A stretch of DNA of 64,000 nt, taken from assembly GCA_024679065.1 (NCBI GenBank), contig JAGIQG010000011.1:63922001-63986000 (forward strand), read 5' to 3'. Source of the stretch: Sphyrna mokarran. Lineage: Eukaryota. A program made the translations under genes and the position numbers. Numbering within the stretch: the first letter of the stretch is position 1; each line of letters opens with the position of its first letter. A model generated the notes under the pieces. The model was not told the origin of the DNA, made no database searches, and saw only the letters and a program-made list of their open reading frames with translations. Of the stretch, positions 1 through 11,594 are shown one piece after another.

Positions 1-37
1 CCTTTGAAGAAATGATTATTTTTCTTTCTCTCTACAG

Positions 38-624
38 TGCTCATTGTGGTTAGCTTGGCTGTGTGTTGGACCCCGATTCAAATCCGCCGCATCATGGCAG
101 CATCCAAAGCAAAGTCAGAGTGGACAACGACATATTTCAGAACCTTCGTAAACCTATTGCCTGTCTCAGATACTTTATTTTATCTCAGCTCAGTATTAAA
201 TCCATTGCTGTATAACCTGTCTTCTAAGCAGTTCAGGGAAGTTTTCATGCAGGTGTTACGCTGTAAATCCATAGAGCATGTTAACATGCGGACACTAAGA
301 AGAACCTATATCAGCTCCAAGGGCAGCAATACCCGCTCCACAAGTTCATTGCTCCGTTCCACATTCAAACGCACCAACTCACGCAGGAAAGGTGACAAGA
401 CCCTTTCAAATACTGTGATGAAAAAGACTAATTTTGAGCTTGAGCCATTGTCACAACACAACCATGATGCCAGCATAACAAAGCCCGATTCTGGATTTAA
501 TACCGCCAACTCAGCTTCAGGACTTTGCTTGTCAAAAATTAACTCAGAGTTTCCTCTCCCAGAGAGCACCTCTGAGCTACACCGAATACAGCGACCAAAT
601 GGAGTAAGTGAAACAGAAATATGA
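38..624 (+). CDS. GPR39: G protein-coupled receptor 39, last coding exon (TM6, TM7, C-tail)
   Basis: Polypyrimidine tract + TACAG acceptor ending at 37 (phase 1). Translation [23 protein letters not shown]...[24 protein letters not shown] matches GPR39 (CWxP and NPxxY motifs). TGA at 622-624. Adjacent to LYPD1 as in other vertebrates. Confidence 0.96.
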
Positions 625-734
625 GACTTTTTATAAAAACATAAATATATCAAACAAAAATTACAGAGAAGATTTTCAAAGTGCTGTTAGTGATTCTTCC
701 AAAAGTCGTTTTTACAATATCAATGTAAACTTTC

Positions 735-740
735 AATAAA
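735..740 (+). terminator. Candidate GPR39 polyadenylation signal AATAAA (ATTAAA also at 767-772)
   Basis: Hexamer about 110 nt after the GPR39 stop codon. Confidence 0.45.
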
Positions 741-929
741 GCAACAGAATTGGCAATTGCCTTTGCATTAAAATGGTCTGTTAATGTTCTTAGATGGTGT
801 CTGCCAGTTATCAGTATGTAAGCTGTTACACAACAGCACATGAAATGTCGACAGCAAAGCAAGGCAGGGAATTTCAGAACGCCTACACCTGGAAATGATT
901 CTTGCTACAGTTTCCTTCACTTTATGAGT

Positions 930-1165
930 TTATGTTAGAAGAAGCGCTGATGTGAGAATTCCGACAGTGGCTAAGAGTTTTAGGCTTGCTCTTAATGACA
1001 TCGCTGAGCTTCCTCTCCTTCTGGGGCGGGGTCCATTACAGAGTGGTGTGTTACAACAGCTGATGCACACAGATCCCACTTTTCCTGGGGAGCAAAATGA
1101 TTGATAGCCTGCAGACGTAATGAGGCAAGATGTAGATGCAGCGCAAGACTTCCGATACATAACTC
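930..1165 (-). CDS. LYPD1: LY6/PLAUR domain-containing 1 (Lynx2), exon 3: end of LU domain and GPI signal
   Basis: Acceptor tttgcAG at 1167-1166. Encodes (G)VMYRKSCAASTSCLITSAGYQSFCSPGKVGSVCISCCNTPLCNGPRPRRRGSSA plus a hydrophobic tail. TAA at 932-930. Confidence 0.96.
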
Positions 1166-1334
1166 CTGCAAACAGAAAAATAGTAATGGTCAGATAAGTT
1201 TCAGTTTTACATCGCTGCACTGTATATTCCATCATTTACTCTCTCTAACACAAAAGTAAGATTGGATCAAAATTCTTTAGCCTTTCTGCTATATTTCTGC
1301 TGCAATCAATGGGAGTGTGGCAAATAGATGTTTA

Positions 1335-1608
1335 AGTTTATTTTTTATTATTATTTAACAAGTAGGCTTACATTAACACCGCAATGAAGTTACTGTGAAA
1401 ATCCCCTGGTTGTCAAACACCAGCGCCTGTTCGTGCACATGAGCGAGAATTTAGCATGGTCAATGAAGCTAACTAGCACATCTTTCAGACTGTGGGAGGA
1501 AACCCACGCAGACAAAGGAAGAATATGCAGACTCCGCATAGCGACCCAAGCCAAGAAATGAACTCGGGTCCCTGTGCTGTGAGGCAGCAGTACTAACCAT
1601 TGTGTCGC
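1335..1608 (-). mobile_element. tRNA-derived SINE (V-SINE/HE1-like)
   Basis: A/B-box head and the conserved gtgggtttcc...tcccacagtc core shared with about 10 other copies in the window. Confidence 0.85.
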
Positions 1609-1609
1609 T

Positions 1610-2713
1610 GATGGGAAAATAGGTTACAATCTGGTCTCCGCTGGGAGTTTCTGGAGACCTAACAGGTGTTTGAGCCTCCATACGGCAATTATCAGGCTGT
1701 TGGTTTAGAGAATTTGGGCTTGAGAAAAATCTTTCACTTTCAAGAAGTCTGATGCATCTTTTGAAACTGGCACACCCAATAGGAAGAAGAATACTAGCTT
1801 CTTCCTTGGAAGTGGGAAGAAAGTTAACTTGTTCCTGGCATCTGGAAGAGGTAATACATTTGAAGGGTAATTTTCAGTCCAGTGTTAAAAGAGACCAAAT
1901 TGTCAGGAAGTTGGAATAAAATGAAGATTCAAGAACTGGATACAAGGAAACTAATATAGAGTCAACTGCACTGAGGACTTTGAAATGCAGATCAGCCGAG
2001 AGGCAAGGTGAACAGTTATTTACTTAAATAAAAAAATTACAGGAGTTAAAATAAAGAAGGCAGGCACTCATAATGAGAAATAAGAGTGAATGCCTCACTT
2101 ACATGCTAAAAACATGACTTCTAAAACTAGCTGTTCAGATAAGACAAGGTCAAAATTGATAAACTATATATCAGTGGCAGAGTAATCCTAACATAAAAGA
2201 GCTCACACGTGACCAAGATCGCAGCAATGGCTATCTGGATACAAAGCTCTCCCAAGAACAAACACCTGTCCTAAAGATTGTTGTTTTAAATCGAACAGGT
2301 TCTATCTGAACCAGACAGCAAAGTTTCATAAAAGAAAGAAACAGATCGTGGGGCTTAATTATTGTTGGACCATAATGATAAAATCTGTGGGATGTTGTTT
2401 CGGAGCAGGTATCATCTCAGGGTTTTGAAAAGTAGATTAATTTGAAATGGGGTTAATTCAAATATACTCTGTGCATAGCCATCATTGTAGTTAATTGCGA
2501 TTTTTATTCTGTATCAGTGCCCTTGTGTATTTTACAGTTTAATAAACATTTTTATATTTGATGATTACAACAAGACTAACCTTACTTCTCTGGTTTTCAT
2601 CTCTTTCTTCATATTATAACAAACTACAAAATAAATGATTAAGACCAGCATACCAGGTTTCACTCCTGGGATTTGGATTGTCCTCACATTTAATGTCAGC
2701 AGGGTTCTTAACA
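1610..2713 (+). mobile_element. Degenerate solo-LTR-like element (5' end uncertain)
   Basis: AATAAA near 2541. Ends tcacatttaa...ggttcttaaCA, a terminus shared with the element ending at 8730. Confidence 0.45.
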
Positions 2714-4759
2714 CAGTGAAGGCAGATATCTTGCTGGGATGGAGGGTTTGCTGTCATTGAATTATGCATTAAACAATGGCAGGGTTATGGGGAAAATGTC
2801 ATAAATGAATGAGATAATTCAGTGATTTTTGTCATTTAATTTACCAGACTTTGGAATTAGGTTCCATTAAGACTCACAGGAAGATTTTCTATTTTACTGC
2901 TGCAAAACTGCAATGATCCTGCAGGCTGCTTCCTATAGAACAAAATACTCAGTGACCAGAGCCTGGTGGTTCTTAAAGCTTTCCTTCTGGACAATAACCT
3001 TTAATAATCTATGCTCTTCTGGTGAAGTTATAGTAATGAAGTGGGAGCAGATCCAAGGAAATTCCAAACCCTAAGGTGTAGAAAAATGCAGCAATGGATT
3101 TGGAAAGTATTAAAGGAGACCTGAATGCTGAAAAGATATGATTTATTGTCTTCAGGGATCGGCAGAATAATTCCCCAAAGAATCCTTTTTATTTTAATGC
3201 TTTACTTGATATATTTCCCAGAACTTGAATTCTACATTAATTCTGTCAACCAAAACTTACCTTGGAAATATTACAATGTTTTATGTGAATATGTGAACAT
3301 TAGTACAACTTTGGAGTGTCCGCTCCCCATGATATATCATGCTAATTTGTGAATGAAAGCATTTTACAACATAGACTTACACTCATTTGATTTGAAGTTT
3401 ATTCTACATTCAAAAAGTAAACATGCCTCATTATCACACCTGTCCCATGGACTCTTATCGGTTTCAGGAATGCATGGAGCTCAGTAGTAACAGGCAGATG
3501 GGAAGGAAATTGGGTACATGGATTTAGCAACAGGAAACCCAGACGTATGTGTGTCTTCTGAATTTAAAGATAGGATTTCTCTTTAAAAAGAATTGTGAAG
3601 TAGGTGGCGGGTAATCGGTCAGTAGCCATCCTCTGGGTGCTCCATGGGAGAGGTGGAGGGTGATGGTCGGATGTTTACAGTTTTGCTTGCTGAGACAGGG
3701 TGAAAATCTCTACTTCTCTTAGGCCTCAACTACTGCTATAAAATTACATGCAGCCAAAAAAATAGATTAGTCGGTTTCTGACAGTCTTTCACAGCCCCCT
3801 TCAGCTGCTGGCTTTTCCTTTACCCAGGAAATTAGCCTGTAGCTTTAAGAGTAAAAATAATACTAAAATGGAGGCTCACAATCTCCTGAAAATATTTCAT
3901 TCAAGGACCCAGCCCATAGCTTGCAAGGGAGTTGGTCATCCCCCAACCCATTTCCATTAAAACCAAAAGGAAATGAGACAAAGGTTGGTTGTGTCATTTT
4001 AAAATTTTTAACTGCTCAAACCTGATTCAACTGTGTTAAACAAATAACTTTTACCATTTAGTAACTTTAAGAAATATTGGATTGAGTAATGAATATCACA
4101 ATTAAAACCTTAGAACTGAACTATGACTAAACGTCACGCACACATTAACCTTTCTTTCTCTGTCACAAGTTAATCAATCAATTGCATTACACGTTGCTAA
4201 AATTCAAAAACACAAAGTTAAAAATTACAATTGGTGAGGTTAACATATTCATAGGAAATTTCTATGGCATTTCTTTTTCTGCTAATTTAATATAGGCTAC
4301 TTCATATAAATGCTGATTCTATTTGATTGACAGGCTGAGATCCTGCCCTCTAACTGATCTGATTGGGTGATAATATCTTATCTATATGTGAAAGGCAGTT
4401 TTTTATTGTATGAAGTACTGCATTTCAAACCAATGTATAGACTGAAACACACCATTATTTTAAAATTCAGACAACTGGCACGTGATAAGATTTTTTCTTC
4501 AACACCCACGCAGCTGGTTAAACAAGACATAATCATTTGGAAACTGCAATTAGGAGGTATTTATAGTCTTAGTCAAGTTGGGAAAGTCAAGGTGAAACTT
4601 GACATTGCAAAATGACTGGTCACTGGAGCACATCAGGCAGGCCTGCAGATTCCTTCTGGAGATAGAGTATATGGAGCATTTCTGTCCATAGAAGACAGAA
4701 GAGAAATTAACAAATAGTGCATTGTGGTCTTATACACTAACAGAAGTTAGGAAAATATT

Positions 4760-5135
4760 CATAGAACATAGAACATTACAGCGCAGTACAGGCCCTTCGG
4801 CCCTCGATGTTGCGCCGGCCAGTGGACCCTCTAACTTAAACTATTCCAATATCATCCAAATGCCTATCCACCGACCATTTGAATGCCCCCAAAGTAGGCG
4901 AGTCCACAACTGCTGCAGGCAGGGCATTCCACGCCCTCACCACCCTCTGTGTAAAGAATCTGCCTCTGACATCCGTCCTATAACTACCACCTCTTAATTT
5001 AAAGTTATGTCCCCTCGTATTGGTCATCACCATCTGAGGAAAAAGGCTCTCACTATCCACCCTATCCAGTCCTTTGATCATCTTATACGCCTCAATTAGG
5101 TCACCGCGTAACCTTCTCTCTAATGAAAATAACCT
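4760..5135 (-). mobile_element. CR1 LINE 3' fragment
   Basis: ORF2 end (GLDRVD...TRGHNFKL...RGRFFTQRVVRAWNALP) and (TAGAACA)n tail. Confidence 0.92.
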
Positions 5136-5204
5136 CAGGTATTCGGAAGATGTCAGACCTTAAAAATTTGAAACGATAAACTCTATTCAAGTTTTGCTCT
5201 GTAT

Positions 5205-5537
5205 GGGGTGGCATAGTAACACGATGGTTCGCACTGTTGCCTCAGAGTACCAGGGACCAGAGTTCGATGCCTGCCTTGGGTCACGGTCTGTATGGAGTTT
5301 GCACATTCTTCCCATATCTGCATGAGTTTCCTCTGGGTGCTCCGGTTTCCTCCCACAGTCCAAAGATGTGTGAGTTAGATGAATTAACCAGGCTAAATTG
5401 CCCGTTAGTGTCAGGAGGACTAGCTTGGGGAAATGCATGGGATTAGGGGGGTAGGCCTAATGTGGGAATGACATAATGTGGGAATGACATCAGTGCAAAC
5501 TCGAATGGCCTTCTTCTGCACTGTAGGATTCTATGAT
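5205..5537 (+). mobile_element. tRNA-derived SINE with CR1-like tail
   Basis: GGGGTGGCA..TGGTT head, conserved core, ctgtaggattctatga tail. Internal 16-bp tandem duplication at about 5458-5490. Confidence 0.88.
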
Positions 5538-6639
5538 GTTACATTGTAGAAGTACCTAGCAATAGTGTCTGAAGAAGATGCAGCTGTTTATTAATTTAGT
5601 GTCTCATCTGGACATGTTTAGCTCCACATTAATTTATAGCTGTAGATCGCTGCTTTAAAAATTTAAGTACTGGCTTGATAATCAATTTATTGCTACCACT
5701 TTGTTAATTTTGCTATTTAGTATCCTTTCCTTCAACCTAAAAGCTTAGGTTTATTTGTCAGGAGAAAAATGAATCACACACCAATTAAAAACTCATTGTG
5801 AAATTCTGGGAAACATACCAATAAGGAATAGTCCGACCTTCCCATCTTCATATTTGTCTGAAAATGGTGAAAATGTTGCTCTATATTTCCAGTGATTCTG
5901 CATGTAATGTGAGCTACATTAGCATTCAGGACCTCTCCTCCTGTCCACACAGTTCACAAGCTGGTGTCATGAGCTATAACTGCACAGGATAGATTTAGCT
6001 CCCTGGGATTGAGCCACCCTTCCTTAATAAGGCTGGAACAGATAACTGCCTTGAAATGAAGAGATCAGGAGACCTATGACTTGTTAAGTTTCTAATAATG
6101 TTCTTAGGGAGCTGGAATCAGCAAAGACTTTGCAAAAGCCTGTCTTTTTGACCAATGTGGCTTTGCAGATTACAGGAGAAACTAAGTAGGTCCTATATTC
6201 ACCCACTCAACAGTCCTAGAAGATGGCATTTAATTAAATTTTTGCTTGTGACATTGCAAGACTAACAAATGGACATTAAAGAACCATTGGTTATAATAGT
6301 TCCTGATGTCTGAAATAGGTAATGTTAAGGTATTGAATAAAAAGAAGTTTTAAGAATTGAATAAAATCAAGATTAAAAATGAAACTGGGTAAATCAAGCA
6401 AAGAAATTGGATAAAAGGGAACAGCAAATACAGCTATCTGAATGGGTATTTTTGATGTGGCACAGCAGTAGGAAAACAAATGTTTACCAAAGTGATCGGG
6501 GAAACCAACGGTATATACAAATAGGTGTTAGAACTATAGAGTTCAAAGTAGAGAGAGAGAATATAGTTTGCACTGATATGCTAAAAGCCTAATCCGAGGT
6601 GTTATTAATATAACTTAACATCAAAGGGAAAGGACAGTA

Positions 6640-6865
6640 TAACCATAGGAGGATAAGAGAGAAACAGTTACCATCATAGCTTTACCCAGGTGGAACTAGG
6701 AGCAGAATTAGGCAAATTCAGCCCTTTGAACCTGCTCCACCATTCAGTCAGATCATCACTGATCTCTTCCTGGTTTCCAATCCATCGCCCCAGCTGTTCT
6801 ACATATCCCCTTATCCTTTTCTCTATCAGAAATATATCTATCTCCTTGAAGCCAGTCAACAAATC
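6640..6865 (-). mobile_element. CR1 3' end fragment
   Basis: FKEIDIFLIEKRIRGY-like ORF2 end and CR1 3'UTR. Confidence 0.7.
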
Positions 6866-6990
6866 AGACTCCATTGTGCCAAAGAAGCATAGGATCCTTG
6901 AAGGAGGCCTTAGGCTCAGCAAGTCTGCAGTGACTACAATCCCACCCAAGCCCTATCCCCTTCACCCCATGTATTTACCCTGTTAATGAT

Positions 6991-7500
6991 AGAATCATAG
7001 AAACCTTACAGTGCAGAAAGAGGCCATTCAGCCCATTGAATCTGTACCAACCACAATTCTATCCAGGCCCTAACCCCACCCCCCCCACATTCCTACATAT
7101 TTTACCCACTAATCCCCTAACCTATGTATCTCAAGACATAAGGGGCAATTTTAACACAGCCAATCAACCTAACCGCATATTTTTCAACTGAGGGAGGAAA
7201 CTGGAGCACCCAGAGGAAACCCATGCAGACACGAGGAGAATGTGCAAACTCCACACAGACAGTGGCCCAAGCCGGGAATCGAACCCAAGTCCCTGGAGCT
7301 GTGAAACAGCAGTGCTAACCACTGTGCTACTGCGTTGCCCAAGTCCTCCTGACACTATAGGGCAATTTACCATGGTCAACCAACCTAATGTGTGAACTGT
7401 GGGAGGAAACCGGAGCACCAGGAGGAAACCCACTCAGAGACTGGGAGAACATGTAGACTCTGCATGGACGGTCATCCGAGGTCAGAATTGAACCCAACAT
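6991..7500 (-). mobile_element. Two adjacent tRNA-SINE copies (6991-7340 near full length, 7341-7500 partial)
   Basis: Repeated ggaggaaaccggagcacc core, with B-box and A-box at about 7275-7340. Confidence 0.88.
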
Positions 7501-7504
7501 AGAT

Positions 7505-8260
7505 CTCATATGGGGTAACGCATTCCACAAATTCACTACCCTCTGCGAGAAGTAGTTCCTCCTCATCTCAGTTTTAAATCTACTGCTTCTCAATTTATAC
7601 CTATGAGCTCTTGCTCAAGATTGCCCCATAAGAAAACACATCCGGTATATATTTATCAATCCCTTTTAAAATTTTATATACTTTGATCAGATCCTCTCTC
7701 ATCCTTATAAACTCCAGCAAGCATAAACCCAAACTGTTTAATCCCTCCTCTTACGTCAACCCATTCATCCTCGAAATGAACCTGGTGAACCTCCTGTGAA
7801 CTGCCTCCAATGCCACCATGTCCTTCCTCAAATAAGGAGACCAAAGTTGAACACAATACTCCAGATGTGGTCTCACCATCACTCTATACAATTGCCATAT
7901 TACCTGCGTTGGAACTGAGGTGGGCACAGTAAGAAGAGTCACAACACTAGGTTAAAATCCAATTGGTTTATTTGGAATCACAAGCTCTCAGTGAACTGCT
8001 CCTTCATCAGATGAGTCCTGGTGAAGGAGCAGCACTCTGAAAGTTTGTTATTCCAAATAAGCCTGTTGGACTATATCCTAGTGCTGTGAGATTTCTTATT
8101 GTACTTTTATACCCAGTCCCTTTGCAATAAATCCCAACGTACGTTTGCCTTTTTTATTATGTACTGCACCTCCATACTAACTTTCTGCAATTCATGAATA
8201 TAGTCACCCAGATCCCTCTGCCTGAATGCATTTTGAATGTGCCTTCCATTTGAAAAATCA
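7505..8260 (-). mobile_element. CR1 ORF2 fragment interrupted by a Penelope-derived palindrome
   Basis: LYRVMVRPHLEYCVQLWSPYLRKD and FKTEMRRNYFSQRVVNLWNALP motifs. Confidence 0.9.
7925..8102. mobile_element. Penelope-derived palindromic element, family A
   Basis: About 86-bp inverted arms around atgagtc, each with a CTGRTGA...GARAG hammerhead-like core. Confidence 0.75.
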
Positions 8261-8279
8261 GGCTCTCCTGAACACAGGA

Positions 8280-8730
8280 AAAATAATAATAAGCTAAAGC
8301 TGCCGTTAGAAAAAAATTCTAACAGAGAGGAGCCACTATGATGGAATGAAGATGGTCCCAAAGCTGTAAAATAACATTTGGGTGGTAACAATATGCTGGA
8401 TTCAGCTTATAGATGTTGTTTGCAAAAACAGTTCAAGAAACATTGGTAGCTCAAAACGTGAGTTAACTTCATGAGATATGATGTGTATAGCCTGTATTGT
8501 AGTTTAGTGTACTGCTGTAGTGTGTTGTCATCTTCCTTGTTGTGTGTTTTCTGTTAAGTTAATAAATATTCTTTACTAATTGATTACAATGCTGGACTGT
8601 TTCTTACTGGTTTGCATATCTTTTCTCATATTATACCAAATTAGAAAATGCATTACTAAGAATCTGTGTTTTAAGTTACCCTTCTATGTTTGGGGTAGCA
8701 TCACATTTAACATTAGAGTGGTTCTTAACA
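8280..8730 (+). mobile_element. Partial LTR-like element related to 1610-2713
   Basis: AATAAA at 8561 and shared 3' terminus ...ggttcttaaCA. Confidence 0.4.
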
Positions 8731-9411
8731 GCAATTTCTTAAATGCCATAGGTAAGTTTTCTGCCCTCACTTGGGTGCAGGAAAGGAGGCTGGCATATGG
8801 GTACATAAATTTGCTCAACCAGATGGTTTGTTAGTACCATTCCACCCGAGAGCCATTTTCTCAGAAGTATGATCAGAAGGCGGGGAGAGTTGGATAGTGG
8901 TGGAAGGAATACCTACCTGACAGTGGTGGGTGGCCAATTAAAGTAAGTTAATCCCCAATTAAGGTCAATTATAAGTGGCCAACATCACTGCTTAACCCCA
9001 CCGCAGCATCAGGAGAAGGTCAGCTGCCTTTAAGATAACTATTTGATTTTGATGCCCTAGCCCTTGCTTGTCTAATGCAGGCCTTGCAATCATGGCCAAT
9101 TTTTAACTGAAAAGTTTTAAAAGTACTCAAGTTTGCTTCAAGATGGAAGTACACCTCCTACCTGAGATGGCAAGCTGCAGTTCTTTCTAAGCTAGAGGAC
9201 CTCCCATTGATATTCCAACTTTGGAATCTTGTCTGTCATCCTTAATTGGATGGTGAACTGACCTTCAGGCCACAAACTGGTCAATTTAGGGAAAATTACT
9301 ATCAGGCAATTGTTCCTCACACAGTCTGGGGTTGGAACTTCTATTTGGCCTCAATGTTGACATCCTGATACAAAACCGAAAATTATGTATCACATGTCTC
9401 AAAAAGCACCA

Positions 9412-10490
9412 TGGGGACAATTCTCTCCCAAAAATTCTAAGTGTTGAATTCTTAGAAAAAATTAGACTAAATTCCAGTGGGTTTTTTTTCAGCAGGATTT
9501 TCAAAATGAATGTCCCATACTCTGTGCACTGCAGAGTACCTCAGTGTAAATCACGTGAAAATTCAGTGGGTTGGAGAAGCCAGCAGCATAATGCTGAGTG
9601 GGCCATTGCGCATGCGGTGTTATGTTAGCGCCGCAATCGGCACAGAGGCAGTGGCCCTGTGCTGCCAGCTTTCTGATCACTGGCCAGCCTCAAAAAGCCA
9701 TGCATGTGACCCCCCGCTTCACCAGGGCCTAATCACTTGGCCGCACAAACATGTCTAGGCCAGCATCAACCCCCTAATCCCCAGCCCGGCTCAATCTTCC
9801 CCCTGACTCTGATCTCCCAATTTCCTGCCCTCCCCTGCGGCTAAGTCACCCCCCCCACCCCCCCAACGATGCCCACAGATAACCTGCTGGCCTCCCTCCC
9901 CCTGTCACTCAGCTCAAATGTACAGTGGCAACAGGACTCCCCACCTCCATAGATCATTCAACTCTATTAAGCTCTGCCCCTTGGCACTGCCCAGTACTCA
10001 GTTGGTAGTACCAAGGTGCTCCCTGGAAATTGGCACTTTATTCCATGGGCATTGCCAGGAGGCCCAGGCTAGCACTGCCAAGCTGGCAATGCCCAAGGAG
10101 TACCTCCCATCCCAACCCCCGGCCCTCTGAAGGACCGTGATGACCTCCCCCCCTTCACTCCAGTGGTGTCGGGCAATCAGCTCCCTGCATATGGGGAGCT
10201 ATACTAAAGCCTGCTGGAGTCAACCACTGCTGGGGTGGAAGACGTTGGGTGGAGAGGTGAGGGTGGAATCACACTAGCAGGTCTGGAGGCTTCAGTCCCG
10301 GGCCTGCTAATTGGATTTAAATTATATTAAAATTAGTATTTGCATAAATTATTCAGCATGTGTCAATTTCCGTGCGAAAATCTGGCACTCAGAGACTTGT
10401 GGAGGCCTAGCACTTAGTGGGATGCCTGCAAGAAGGTCTCTCATTGAATCTCCCGCCTTGCGGTGCTGCTGGGAGAATTGCTTCCCCCCT
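9412..10490 (-). mobile_element. GC-rich non-autonomous DNA transposon (Harbinger-like), left copy
   Basis: GGGGACAATTCTCTCCC and GGGAGAATTGC..CCCC termini. Inverted homology to 10687-11953 and 45165-46068. Confidence 0.65.
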
Positions 10491-10694
10491 AACATTTTTG
10501 TATAATAACGCTGAAATCATGTTATTCAGTTGTGTATCTAGATTTGAAGATAGCTAAAAAGCTCAGTTCTTGTTCCAAATCAGATTTGGCTCCTTGGCCT
10601 CTGACAATTGACCTTAATTGGGTATTAACTTACTTAATTAGCCAATCACTACTAATAGATGCGATTGGCCTGACAACCAAATCTGTGGGGATGA

Positions 10695-10906
10695 GTCTCC
10701 CAGCCCACGGCACTGCTCGAGTCTCTGTGTGTCTCCCAGCCCATTGCGCTGCTCGAGTCTCCATGAGTCTCCCAGCCTATTGCGCTGCTCTAGTCTCCAG
10801 GGTCTTCCAGACCACTGCACTGCTCGAGCCTCTGGAGTTTCCCAGCCCACCGCACTGCTCAAGGCTTCTGGGTCTCCCAGCCCACTGCGCTGCTCGAGTC
10901 TCCGGA
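10695..10906 (+). repeat. Minisatellite, 6 x 35-36 bp (GTCTCCCAGCCCACTGCGCTGCTCGAGTCTCCNGA)
   Basis: Units start at 10695, 10731, 10767, 10802, 10837 and 10872, with no spacers. Confidence 0.92.
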
Positions 10907-11544
10907 ATCTCTGTGGCCAAGATTTCCAGAGTAAACAGCTCATGCCGGAAATTGGCGCACAGTTGATTACCACATGGAAATCACTATTTCAATGTCATTA
11001 GCAGGCCCAGGTCTGAAGTCTCTGGGTCCACTAGCATCTCCTGCTGCTTCCACCTGCCAAGAGTGGTTCACTCCAGCTTGATTTACAACTTCTCCCCACT
11101 AATGGGGAAATAGGTAGTCCGATCCTACTGAAGGGAACAGAGGCCATTGAGACCCCCTGGGAGATTGTGGTAAGAGGGGCGTGCTCCTTGGGCAGTACCA
11201 GCCTGGCACACTGATATTGCCCAAGGGGCACATCGGCACTGATCACGAGGCATTAGGCAATGCTAAGGGGGAGGGGCCTATTGAGACAGTGCCCATTAGG
11301 GGGCAATCGGTGTGGGTGATGGTGGGGTCCCACTGCCACTGTGCAATTGGGAATGCAGGCAGAGGGAGGGAAGAAGTGATTGGGGCTGGCCATCCAGATG
11401 GGTGAGGAGTTTAGGGCTACTGGGGGATGTCAGGATTGTTGGGGTGGGGGTTGGGATTGGGTGGGGGGTGGAGGTGGGGGGGTTAATCGGGAGATCGGGG
11501 TTTTCCGGAAGTCAAGGATCAGGAGATCTGGGATGGCCTGAGAG

Positions 11545-11594
11545 TGGGGTGGTGGTGGTGGTGGTGGTTGGGGGGGGGGGGGGGGGGGGGGAGG
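11545..11594 (+). repeat. (GGT)n plus poly-G tract
   Basis: Directly visible in the sequence. Confidence 0.9.

Noticed and set aside
306-653. 115-aa antisense ORF over GPR39
   Set aside because: Shadow of the GPR39 coding frame; no recognisable protein.
1168-1235. N-terminal part of ORF 930..1235 (MMEYTVQRC...)
   Set aside because: Intronic read-through upstream of the LYPD1 exon 3 acceptor.
10695-10906. CRISPR-like array of ~36-bp repeats
   Set aside because: Units are head-to-tail with no unique spacers, there are no cas genes, and the context is eukaryotic. It is a minisatellite.
11570-11592. Functional G-quadruplex in the poly-G run
   Set aside because: Sits inside a transposon, and homopolymer length is error-prone; no evidence of function.
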